64,000 nt of DNA from the IMG/VR virus record IMGVR_UViG_3300033149_002633, positions 1-64,000 of that record; one strand, 5' to 3'. A model generated the notes under the pieces. That model was not told where the DNA came from, ran no database searches, and was given only the letters and a program-made list of their open reading frames with translations. This stretch comes from a virus. A program made the position numbers and the translations under genes. Each line of letters begins with the position of its first letter. The first letter of the stretch is position 1. Positions 18,391 through 27,315 of this stretch are shown here, piece after piece.

Positions 18391-18753
18391 TTAAAATAAA
18401 AGTCCTATCTCTATTATTATTTGTAGTGTAAGAGAACCTATAGATTTAACAGAAATATCTATATTGTCTAAAGTCATACCTTTTAATGACATTTTGTCTT
18501 TAATCAAATCTTTAATATTAGATATATCTTCGATGTCTATAATTACTTGTCGAGTATGTTCATTAGTTAAATCTATTTGGATATCTAATTCTTCTTTATG
18601 TGTTGCTGGTGTACATTCATTCCCATCATCGTATAGGTAATTATCGTAGGACAATGACAAATTTTTTATTATTAGGTTATTGTCATTACAAAAGTTTAAG
18701 AGTATATCAAAAACTTCTCCTATTGTTTTGTTTTGTGTATAAATCATTTTCAC
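18391..18753 (-). CDS. Hypothetical protein
   Basis: Coupled to MazG stop. Confidence 0.7.
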   Translation of the reverse strand: MKMIYTQNKTIGEVFDILLNFCNDNNLIIKNLSLSYDNYLYDDGNECTPATHKEELDIQIDLTNEHTRQVIIDIEDISNIKDLIKDKMSLKGMTLDNIDISVKSIGSLTLQIIIEIGLLF

Positions 18754-19061
18754 ACCTTTTTATTTCCATGTTTATATCCACGAGATTTATTTATCTCAAG
18801 TTTATGTAATATCTCTTTTTCAATATCAATCTTAAGACCAGAGCAAAGGTCTAATATCCTTATCATGATGTCAGCTAATTCTACTTTGAATTTGTCAAAG
18901 TCATTGTTTCTAAATTCTTCTAAAGCTTCAGATGATTCACTTACTATTAGCATCAGTTTTGTTGGTATAAATGTTTCTTGTTCCCATGCATCTTCTGGTA
19001 TTATCCACCCATTCATATCGTTTATTTCCCTTATTTTATTCATTATTTTGTTCAAATGCAT
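18750..19061 (-). CDS. MazG-like nucleotide pyrophosphohydrolase
   Basis: KLMLIVSESSEALEEFR...ELADIMIRILD...N..R.YKHG. Confidence 0.9.
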   Translation of the reverse strand: MHLNKIMNKIREINDMNGWIIPEDAWEQETFIPTKLMLIVSESSEALEEFRNNDFDKFKVELADIMIRILDLCSGLKIDIEKEILHKLEINKSRGYKHGNKKV

Positions 19062-19109
19062 ATTATCACCTTTTAAACCTATTGAACCTTTCTATATAAA
19101 TTTATTGTT

Positions 19110-19240
19110 TAAAAATAGATAAGGAAAGAGCATGAGGGAGGTGAAAAATAATGGAATTTTTCGAAATCTAAGTGTAAGCCTCATGCTCGTATATGGAGGT
19201 ATTACGTGGTGTAGAGGTGTATGATAAATAATTTTCCTCC
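19110..19240 (-). ncRNA. Candidate small RNA with anti-Shine-Dalgarno motifs
   Basis: Own promoter cgaaaactttaaaaat (19261-19276); perfect 10-bp stem gagcatgagg/cctcatgctc; three ACCTC motifs; no credible ORF. Confidence 0.4.
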
Positions 19241-19326
19241 AGAAATAATATGGTTTTAATATTTTTAAAGTTTTCGAAAGCTCGGACATGGAAATTTTTT
19301 GTGGAAAATTTTTAAAAGAAAAGAAA

Positions 19327-19581
19327 TTAACGTCTATAAGGTTTCATGTAGTAAATTCCTTCTTGACGTAATTTCTTTTCTTTTATAAGTAAAACGAGAG
19401 CTGTTTCAAGGTCAGAATATTTGGTATAAGGATAAAATCTACGACCATTAATTAATCTGTGTATTTCTTTGATAGTAAGGGAATAACTATGTCCTTCGAA
19501 AACTCGTAAGATATTCTTTTTTATTTTTAGTATATGTCTTTCTTCTTTAGAGATGACTTGGTCATTTCTTAATGGCATCAT
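19327..19581 (-). CDS. Small winged-helix-like protein
   Basis: LTIKEIHRLI...LETALVLLIKEKKL; ATGA coupled to PolB. Confidence 0.6.
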   Translation of the reverse strand: MMPLRNDQVISKEERHILKIKKNILRVFEGHSYSLTIKEIHRLINGRRFYPYTKYSDLETALVLLIKEKKLRQEGIYYMKPYRR

Positions 19582-22286
19582 AATCCCTCAAAATTTAGTT
19601 TTGTTTGAACTCTTTTTTTCTTCTTTACGCTATCTTTGATAGGATTTACTAATTGGTTATAGACACTACGAAGTATGTTAATATATTCATCTGGATTGAT
19701 ATCTTTCTTACTTGCAAGTTCAACTGGAAGAACTTCTTTCCTTGTTTGTTTTTTAGATTGTTTAAAAGTATATATGAATTCGATAACAGTACCCTTTTTT
19801 ATGAGAAGATTCTCATCTATAGGTTGGCTACTGTTATTACGTATAGCTTCTACTAATTTTTCTGCAGCTTGGACTTGAGGAGGATTTGATTTATAATTCT
19901 TAAGTGTATTTGACATAGTAATTTTGATAGAATAATCACTTATATCTCCAAATCTGTTTTTTATTGCTTTTTCATAGTCATTTAACGAAGTCTCGAGTTT
20001 GTTGATAAGACATGGAATATCAGACGGTTTTCTCAGAGTTTCTTCTATTATTTTAGTCCATTTCTCAAATGCATCTCGTATGATTTTTGGTATATGTTTT
20101 TTCTTTCCTACTAATCCAGCAATAATTATATTTGTTTTACCGTTAGGTTTCTTTTCAACTATCAAATAGTTCTTCTTTTCTGACAAAACTATTGCATATC
20201 CCCTTTCTTCTATGGCTAAATCTACTCCATATCTCTGTTTAATATCCTTTACAAATTCATCCCATCTTTCTTCTGTAACATTTATGAGGAAAACACTATC
20301 AGTATCACCATAGATTACTTCTGCTTCATCTTCTGTTTCAAAATAGTCTTTAATAGCCATGATAGTTTGTCTTGCTGTAGCAGTTACACTTTCAGCTGCT
20401 GGACCGCAGAAAAGTGGAAAGACATCGAACCCATAAACACCATAGGAAGCATTGATGATAACTTTTAGATATTGTTCTACTGCTTTATATCCTATAACTT
20501 TATTCTTATTTTTCTTAAAATAATAAACTCTCACATCTTTGATAAAGCCTATGATTGTTGAAGTTAATCCATCAAATTTTTTACAGATATGATGTGTCAT
20601 AGACTTCTCTGTTTCAGTCATATTTTCTTCTTTTAACTTATTGACTGGAAGACTACTTATACTATACACTTTATTATCTTTACATTCTGGATGATTACAA
20701 TTCATTGTGCTGTAACAGATGTTGTTATTGACTATCATAGAAGGATAAAGACTTGCTACGTCAGCTACAAGTAGATTAAAATGACAACCTCTTTTAGGTT
20801 CAAAAACTACTGCTCCAGCAAATTTTTTACCAGTGGCTGATTTTGAATAAATGGGTCCTATTTTCTCTAATTCTTTCTTGTTAATGTTAATCATGTTATA
20901 ATATACCAGTATTCTGCGTGAAAGATTAAGTATAACTGCAGATACATATCTTCTACAAGCACTTTCTAATGTTAATGTTCCTACTCTCATTGTGATAACT
21001 ATTAATTGCATTACAATTTCATTGTCATGAGTAGCTAATTTTAGAACTAATGCATTATCTTGAGCATTATAGTATGCTAATTCTGACATAGATAAATCCG
21101 TAATAGTATTCTCATAGACATATTTTTTCTCATTGAGTAGAGATTCTGTAATATCGTCAAGAGAATTTTTCTCGTATGCAGCTTTGAAAGCATAGTTTTT
21201 GATTGATGGGTTCTTGAAGAACTCATATAAGTCTATGAGGAATTTGTTTTTTATCCCTCTACTCTTTTTTATTACCTCTTTTCCACTATCAATGAATTCA
21301 TTCTTATAACCCCAGATTTTATTTGATTTAACACCTAAATATCTCATCCTTGTATCAAGATAAGGAATATCAAAATCATCTACGTTGAAACCTACGATAA
21401 ATTTCTGTGGAAGACCACATAGATAAGATACAACATCTTTTAACATTTCTCTTTCGTTATCATATTCTCTAATGATGTGGTTTTCATGTTTCTTATTGAA
21501 ACCTTTATCTATTCTTTTTCTCATTTCGTCTGATAAAATAAATGTTAAGTGATGTATATTGTCTTCCTTATACCAGCTTAATGTGACTGAAGATATAGGT
21601 GCTACTGCAGTATAAGCATCTATAGCATCTCTATAGTTGAAATCACACTCGATATCTATTGCTAATATATGTTCTTTAAAGACTGGAAATGGTGTAGTGA
21701 ATAATGATATTGCCCAATCAAAAGCTTTCTTTGGCATTTTTCCTTTATATTTCTCTATTTCTGGGATAGTATAGATTGGATGGCTTCTTATTTTTTCCCA
21801 ATCTAATTCTGGTTCAAGTGTTTCGATGTTATATGGCATTCCTAAAGTATAATCATTATCAAAATTGAATACATCAGCATAAGGTATATGGTTATTATAC
21901 ACAAATTCTGGTGCTATGAGCTGACTTAGACCAGTATATTTCTTGTTTGTGATAAAGTTTGGATTAGTTGTGCATACTTTAGTTAGCATGATTGGTTCTC
22001 TTGACCTTGGGTGTATCTTTTTAACTCTCTCGACTTTTACTACTTTTGATGCATTCCAGACGAATTTCTTAGACAATGGAGATTTTATTACATATCTATA
22101 TTTTTGTACTTTATCTATATTCATTATTTGTGATGGTGTAAGTACTGTATAGAAATATGGGTAATGTCCTTCTGTTTTCTTAATTTCTGTTATTTTTCCA
22201 GTTTTATCATCCCAAAATAATAATATTTGTCCATTACTTTCCTTTTCACCTTTTGGATATTTCGTTGATATTAACCAATTCGTCAT
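19578..22286 (-). CDS. polB: Family B DNA polymerase, archaeal PolB1-like, with 3'-5' exonuclease
   Basis: DIECD, FNVDDFDIPY, YNAQD, DVASLYPS, KVIINASYG, YGDTDS. Confidence 0.97.
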   Translation of the reverse strand: MTNWLISTKYPKGEKESNGQILLFWDDKTGKITEIKKTEGHYPYFYTVLTPSQIMNIDKVQKYRYVIKSPLSKKFVWNASKVVKVERVKKIHPRSREPIMLTKVCTTNPNFITNKKYTGLSQLIAPEFVYNNHIPYADVFNFDNDYTLGMPYNIETLEPELDWEKIRSHPIYTIPEIEKYKGKMPKKAFDWAISLFTTPFPVFKEHILAIDIECDFNYRDAIDAYTAVAPISSVTLSWYKEDNIHHLTFILSDEMRKRIDKGFNKKHENHIIREYDNEREMLKDVVSYLCGLPQKFIVGFNVDDFDIPYLDTRMRYLGVKSNKIWGYKNEFIDSGKEVIKKSRGIKNKFLIDLYEFFKNPSIKNYAFKAAYEKNSLDDITESLLNEKKYVYENTITDLSMSELAYYNAQDNALVLKLATHDNEIVMQLIVITMRVGTLTLESACRRYVSAVILNLSRRILVYYNMININKKELEKIGPIYSKSATGKKFAGAVVFEPKRGCHFNLLVADVASLYPSMIVNNNICYSTMNCNHPECKDNKVYSISSLPVNKLKEENMTETEKSMTHHICKKFDGLTSTIIGFIKDVRVYYFKKNKNKVIGYKAVEQYLKVIINASYGVYGFDVFPLFCGPAAESVTATARQTIMAIKDYFETEDEAEVIYGDTDSVFLINVTEERWDEFVKDIKQRYGVDLAIEERGYAIVLSEKKNYLIVEKKPNGKTNIIIAGLVGKKKHIPKIIRDAFEKWTKIIEETLRKPSDIPCLINKLETSLNDYEKAIKNRFGDISDYSIKITMSNTLKNYKSNPPQVQAAEKLVEAIRNNSSQPIDENLLIKKGTVIEFIYTFKQSKKQTRKEVLPVELASKKDINPDEYINILRSVYNQLVNPIKDSVKKKKRVQTKLNFEGL

Positions 22287-22315
22287 ATTCTCTCCTCTTC
22301 AAAGTAAAAATAGAA

Positions 22316-22546
22316 TTAGGTAAAGTATATTATAATTTGTTTTATTGTAAATACTGTCATAAGTGCTACCACAAAGAATATTAAAATGTATAATATGAAT
22401 ATTGCTAATATTAGTAGTAATAATCTACTTATACCTAATTCTTCAATATCTATATCTGGTTTCAGTTTTATTTCTAAACCAAATACGAACAACCATAGTG
22501 TTGTTGTTATGGAAATATACAATGATAACAATGTTATGTGTATCAT
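22316..22546 (-). CDS. Small two-TM membrane protein, leaderless
   Basis: cgaaaggtttaaata promoter at 22568-22582; ATG 22 nt downstream. Confidence 0.75.
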   Translation of the reverse strand: MIHITLLSLYISITTTLWLFVFGLEIKLKPDIDIEELGISRLLLLILAIFILYILIFFVVALMTVFTIKQIIIYFT

Positions 22547-22585
22547 AATTTAAAATATTCAATAGTGTATTTAAACCTTTCGAAA

Positions 22586-23449
22586 CTATTGATAAGAAAT
22601 ATAATGTTCAATATATTTCTTTTTTAATCTTCTATTTGTTGTCGATATCATTGCTTCTGAAATATCACAAACATAATAGTTACATCCTAAGTTTTTTGCG
22701 ACAAAAGCTGTAGTTCCTCCTCCCACAAAACTATCATAAACAGTTAATCCATTACCAAATTTAGGGTGTGACTTTAATGCGCATTCGACTAACATTGGTG
22801 GAAACTCGGCTGGATTATATTTTTTAATATATTGATTGTATTTCAGTATAGGTATTACCCACACATCTCCAATATCCTTGAAGGCTCTACCAAATTTTTC
22901 TTTATACTTATCTATTACTTTCTTATATCTCTTGTCATTCAGATATTCTTCTGACAAATTTTCTCCTATAAGGTCTTTCCTTATTTTTACGTTTCCCTTT
23001 CCGAATAATAATATCATCTCTTTATATGATGAGAATTTACTGATTACCTTGAAAGGGTCTAAATGTTGTTTATTCGGCATTACCCAACATATATCTTGTA
23101 TGAATTTCCAGTTTGACATTTCTTCTATTTGCTCACCGATAAAAACAATTTCGGATAATGATTGGAGTGGCTTGGAGCTGTTTATCTTCATGTTCAAATA
23201 CATTAATGCTCCATCAGAACAAATTTTATCGGTAGGATAAAGAGAGTGTATAATCATATCCATCCATTCACTATCTGGCTTGTTATCAATATAACCAGTA
23301 TATGGAATTCCAATATTATATGGAGGAGATGTAATAATTATATCCACTTTAGGGTAATTATAGTATTCTATCAGAGAATAAATATAATTATGAAAAGAAA
23401 TAGCATCATATTGTTTTATGACTTTATATTGTTTTACTACTTCGTTCAT
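22586..23449 (-). CDS. N4-cytosine/N6-adenine DNA methyltransferase, beta class
   Basis: TSPPYN catalytic motif precedes DSFVGGGTT SAM-binding motif. Confidence 0.92.
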   Translation of the reverse strand: MNEVVKQYKVIKQYDAISFHNYIYSLIEYYNYPKVDIIITSPPYNIGIPYTGYIDNKPDSEWMDMIIHSLYPTDKICSDGALMYLNMKINSSKPLQSLSEIVFIGEQIEEMSNWKFIQDICWVMPNKQHLDPFKVISKFSSYKEMILLFGKGNVKIRKDLIGENLSEEYLNDKRYKKVIDKYKEKFGRAFKDIGDVWVIPILKYNQYIKKYNPAEFPPMLVECALKSHPKFGNGLTVYDSFVGGGTTAFVAKNLGCNYYVCDISEAMISTTNRRLKKKYIEHYISYQ

Positions 23450-23494
23450 CGTATATGTTTTAAGAGAAGATATTTTTAAAGCTTTTGAATGTTT

Positions 23495-23585
23495 CTATGC
23501 TGGAGAGGAGGAGAGGTAGATATAAAAATAGACCTCTCCCGCAGAAGAAGGAAGTGGTGATACCAAACACTACTTCTCTCTTAAC
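23495..23585. ncRNA. Candidate two-hairpin small RNA; strand uncertain
   Basis: ggagaggt/acctctcc and gaagtggtg/cactacttc stems in intergenic DNA. Confidence 0.35.
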
Positions 23586-23616
23586 TAAAGAAAGATGAAA
23601 AAGGTGTATTTAAATG

Positions 23617-26600
23617 TTACTGTGTTGGTTGTAAAAGGAAATATATCTTTTGAGTAACTTTATCAGTTACAACTTCTATACCAAAATATTGTAAGACATC
23701 TTGAGAATGAATTAGTTCTTTGATATAGTCTAATGAACATTTTGCCTTTTTTGTTAAAGTTGTAATAGGAGCACTACCAACTCTTTCAAGATATTGGTAA
23801 ATTTTTATAAATCTTGTATCTAATATAACACCAAACTTTGTCCAAGCTTTTCCAATCATAGTCATATAATCATTAGAATTTTTCAGACCATGAGTATTTA
23901 CGATATGAGGAATAGGAACATCATCATCCATTTGAATAATTTCTTTTATTTTTTTATAGCTGATACCCCAACAATATACTACACTGAATTTTTCAGCTTC
24001 TGGGTCTTTCACTCTACCTATAGTTTGGTAAAATGATTGGTGTTCATTCATTTGTTCAAGCTTCTTAGATAAAGCAATATGAGAAACACTACTTTCATCA
24101 TCAGAATCTATAAAAAGTCCTTGTTCATGATAAAAATTAGCTAACCATAAAGAGGAGTTTCTTGGTGGGGTAGGAGGACAAATACAAATCATCACTCTTT
24201 CTTTTTTTTCTACTCCTATCGTTTGTGATGAACGATACCACGTATAATGAACTCGTGGTATTAGTCCTTTTTCTCTCATATCTATTAACATTGCAGTAGT
24301 AGAACGAGAGTTAGGAACAACAACTAAAACATTCTCAGTTCCATGAGCTGTACAAACTTTATTTATTAAACTGATTAAGTTCTTTTGATTTTCATTCATT
24401 GTTTCACCTTTTTTAGGTCTTTCAAGTAAATCACGAACTGACTTAGTTATTGTATCTGTTATCACTAATTGTTTATTGCATGTATTTCTTGGGTCTCCTA
24501 CTACAAACCTTTCAAAATCTATTCTAAATATATCACTCATCTTTACAAGTGGCATAGTAGCATCAGTTACTATAATCTGTTTTCCAAGCCAATTCATTCT
24601 TTCAACAAAATCAGTTATTTTTTGTATTTTAGGAGATGTTACAAAATTTGCAGAAATCTTTTTCTCTGTTACGTTATCTACTGGTGTGCTTTGTAACCAC
24701 CATGTATCACTCTGTAAAAGAATAATCATTTTTATGAGAGCATTCAACCTCTCATTAGTCCTCTTAGTATAGTTAGACAAAAGAGAATAAAAGGCAAAAA
24801 ACATTTCTCTGAACTCTTCTAATCTTTCTCTTCCATCTTTCAATAAAAAGTTCTCTATTTTCCAACAACTAACCCTATCAAATTCCCCACTAAATCTTTT
24901 CTCTCTTATAAATCTATCAAATGCACTGATAAAGTCTGTAGTTATTTGACGTAACATATCCATAGTATGAGTTGAATAAGGTTCGAAACTATTTTCTTCA
25001 AACATGTTAGGTGGTTTGTCTAATTTGCTGAGCTCTGCATAGAGCTGAGAACAAAAATCTTCATAATGTATCTCTACTTGTGATGTTCCATTTATATCCT
25101 TTACTATCTGTTCATACATTGTTATTGTTAATGGAGAACTTTGTACTAGTGTAGATACTTCATCTAAAAAGATTATATCGAATATATTTTCAATCAACTC
25201 TATAAATTCTCTTGCTTCTGCTTCTGTATTTAATAACATAGCTGCTAATTTATCGTATGTGATAAATATCACATCATAATTAGCTATCTTTTGCATAACT
25301 GTTTGATAAGCACAATAACCTTGTTTTACTTGTTGAATTTGATATTGTGTTGCATCTGCTTCTATTATAGCATATGGAGTTCCATCTTTCCTTCTATGTG
25401 GGAAGTCGAATAAGTCATGATAATATTCACATTCTCTCCTTCTCCCCTCATTCATTACTACACATGATGGTTTGCTATGGAATGGTAATTTTTCCCATTC
25501 AATATCACTACTTTGTCCCCAATCTGGATTTTTTTCTTTCTTTTTCCTCAAATCTTCTAACGTAAATTTGAGCTTTAGACATGATTTTATATTAGATGAG
25601 AGGACTGCTCCATCTATTTTCTCTCCATATTTCTTATATACTAATCTTAATGCTTTTCCAAATACTGACCGAGCTATTTCAGTAGTAGGAACAACAGCAA
25701 GTATCTTTTTGTTATGAAAAACAGCTGCACGTATTAAAGTAGTAGTTACTCCAGCTCTTGTAGTTTTTATTACTTCCAGATTTTTGTTTAACATTACCAT
25801 TTGAGATGCGAGATTGGTTATTTCTTCAAATCCTACCTCATTTTTCTCCTCCTCATCTTGTTTGTCTTGTTTGTATCTTATTATATTTGGCTGTGGTTGT
25901 TTAAATAAACAGTAATTTCTTTGACATCTACTTGCATCTGCTATTGGGTCACAACAATAATATTGATGTTCTTTATCTTGATAAATTATACATCCAGAAG
26001 GTTTATCTGGTTCATGTGGGTCTCTCAAAAAGGTTATTATATTACTGAAAAGTCTGTTCTTGTTTTTAGGTAAATTATCTTCTTCATCATTTACCATAAA
26101 TCTGAAAAATAATGCTAAATCATTCCATGAATATTCTTTACGTGGATATGAGTCTTTATATCTTAATGATGCGAGATAACGCAAGAGAATAACTTTCATC
26201 CAGTGTTCATCTCTTCTCATCCATGCATTGTATATACATGGAGGAGTGAATTTTGGATTTGGGTTTGATACTAATTTTCTCATCTCATCGAGTTTTTCTA
26301 TTTGTTTCTTTGTTAGTTTTTCATCTGGTTCTGGTATATTAAATCTATAAGAGACTTTTCTTTTATTCAATGTGCCTATTCTTTGATATCTACTAATTGT
26401 GTTTGTTGAGACTTCTTTTATTATTCTACTATTGAATTGGAATGATGGGATTATAATATTTTCAACTACAAGATTTCTTAGCTCTGTTCTTTTGATTGTT
26501 TCTTCTTTGTCAAAATTTCCTTCTTTATCTTTTACTACTGGAACACAATAGAAAGTTTGATATCCATGTTTTAGATATGCACTATATGGTATTCTAAATA

Positions 26601-27177
26601 CATGTCTTCCTTTCTTGTACAGAGCTAAATCAATTATTATTTTATATTCTACATTATCAATAGTTATCTTATTTTCTATTCCACTTCCATTTTTTGATAT
26701 CTTAAATCCTTCTGATTTTTTTAATATTCCATTATTTTTCTTATTTGTCCCCCAAAGTATTTCCAGAAAGTGTGTTTTGGGTATTGGTTTATCACATCTT
26801 TGAATTCTATACATTCCTTTTCCGCTTACATAATCAAAGAATTTGTATTCTGGATGTTTTTTACTCCACTCTTCCCAAAAGGTCATTACTGCGTTAAGCT
26901 TCATTTTCCTTATTTCATCAACTGTTTTTAGTTCTTCTACATATTTGGTCATTATCTTTACATCTGTATCTATTGCAAAGATAGTATGGTCAGTTCCTTC
27001 TAAAGTTCTAAAAATAGGTATTAACGGGTTTAATGACATTGGGTCGAAATTTTCTTGCCATTTCTGTATTTTTTCTCCTCCACCTTCCGACCTCAATCCA
27101 GACGTTATACTGTTTGCGTTTCTTATGAAATCACTCATTATTTTTTTTAGTTGTTTTATTTTTTCCTCTCCAGTCAT
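23617..27177 (-). CDS. Archaeo-eukaryotic primase (PriS-like + PriL-like) fused to an SF2-like helicase
   Basis: AIDTD, SGKG, RIPYS (AEP); PPCI plus Cys cluster (PriL-type); TRAGVTT, VVPT, LDEV, TDAT, QTIGR (SF2). Confidence 0.8.
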   Translation of the reverse strand: MTGEEKIKQLKKIMSDFIRNANSITSGLRSEGGGEKIQKWQENFDPMSLNPLIPIFRTLEGTDHTIFAIDTDVKIMTKYVEELKTVDEIRKMKLNAVMTFWEEWSKKHPEYKFFDYVSGKGMYRIQRCDKPIPKTHFLEILWGTNKKNNGILKKSEGFKISKNGSGIENKITIDNVEYKIIIDLALYKKGRHVFRIPYSAYLKHGYQTFYCVPVVKDKEGNFDKEETIKRTELRNLVVENIIIPSFQFNSRIIKEVSTNTISRYQRIGTLNKRKVSYRFNIPEPDEKLTKKQIEKLDEMRKLVSNPNPKFTPPCIYNAWMRRDEHWMKVILLRYLASLRYKDSYPRKEYSWNDLALFFRFMVNDEEDNLPKNKNRLFSNIITFLRDPHEPDKPSGCIIYQDKEHQYYCCDPIADASRCQRNYCLFKQPQPNIIRYKQDKQDEEEKNEVGFEEITNLASQMVMLNKNLEVIKTTRAGVTTTLIRAAVFHNKKILAVVPTTEIARSVFGKALRLVYKKYGEKIDGAVLSSNIKSCLKLKFTLEDLRKKKEKNPDWGQSSDIEWEKLPFHSKPSCVVMNEGRRRECEYYHDLFDFPHRRKDGTPYAIIEADATQYQIQQVKQGYCAYQTVMQKIANYDVIFITYDKLAAMLLNTEAEAREFIELIENIFDIIFLDEVSTLVQSSPLTITMYEQIVKDINGTSQVEIHYEDFCSQLYAELSKLDKPPNMFEENSFEPYSTHTMDMLRQITTDFISAFDRFIREKRFSGEFDRVSCWKIENFLLKDGRERLEEFREMFFAFYSLLSNYTKRTNERLNALIKMIILLQSDTWWLQSTPVDNVTEKKISANFVTSPKIQKITDFVERMNWLGKQIIVTDATMPLVKMSDIFRIDFERFVVGDPRNTCNKQLVITDTITKSVRDLLERPKKGETMNENQKNLISLINKVCTAHGTENVLVVVPNSRSTTAMLIDMREKGLIPRVHYTWYRSSQTIGVEKKERVMICICPPTPPRNSSLWLANFYHEQGLFIDSDDESSVSHIALSKKLEQMNEHQSFYQTIGRVKDPEAEKFSVVYCWGISYKKIKEIIQMDDDVPIPHIVNTHGLKNSNDYMTMIGKAWTKFGVILDTRFIKIYQYLERVGSAPITTLTKKAKCSLDYIKELIHSQDVLQYFGIEVVTDKVTQKIYFLLQPTQ

Positions 27178-27202
27178 TGTTAAATACAATCCATCATAAT
27201 CA

Positions 27203-27244
27203 ATTTAAAGGTTGTTATCAAGTTATATTCGAAAGGTTTAAAAA
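27203..27244. promoter_or_regulatory. Back-to-back divergent promoters
   Basis: caacctttaaat (minus) and cgaaaggtttaaaaa (plus, 27230-27244). Confidence 0.75.
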
Positions 27245-27315
27245 GGTTATCATCTACTATAATTTGTCGAAACAAAGTTTCGAAAAAAGTGAAAAAGAAA
27301 TAAAGTGTGAGAAAA

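Noticed and set aside
19092-19289. 65-aa minus-strand ORF
   Set aside because: Starts upstream of the promoter, has no RBS and has atypical composition; treated as non-coding
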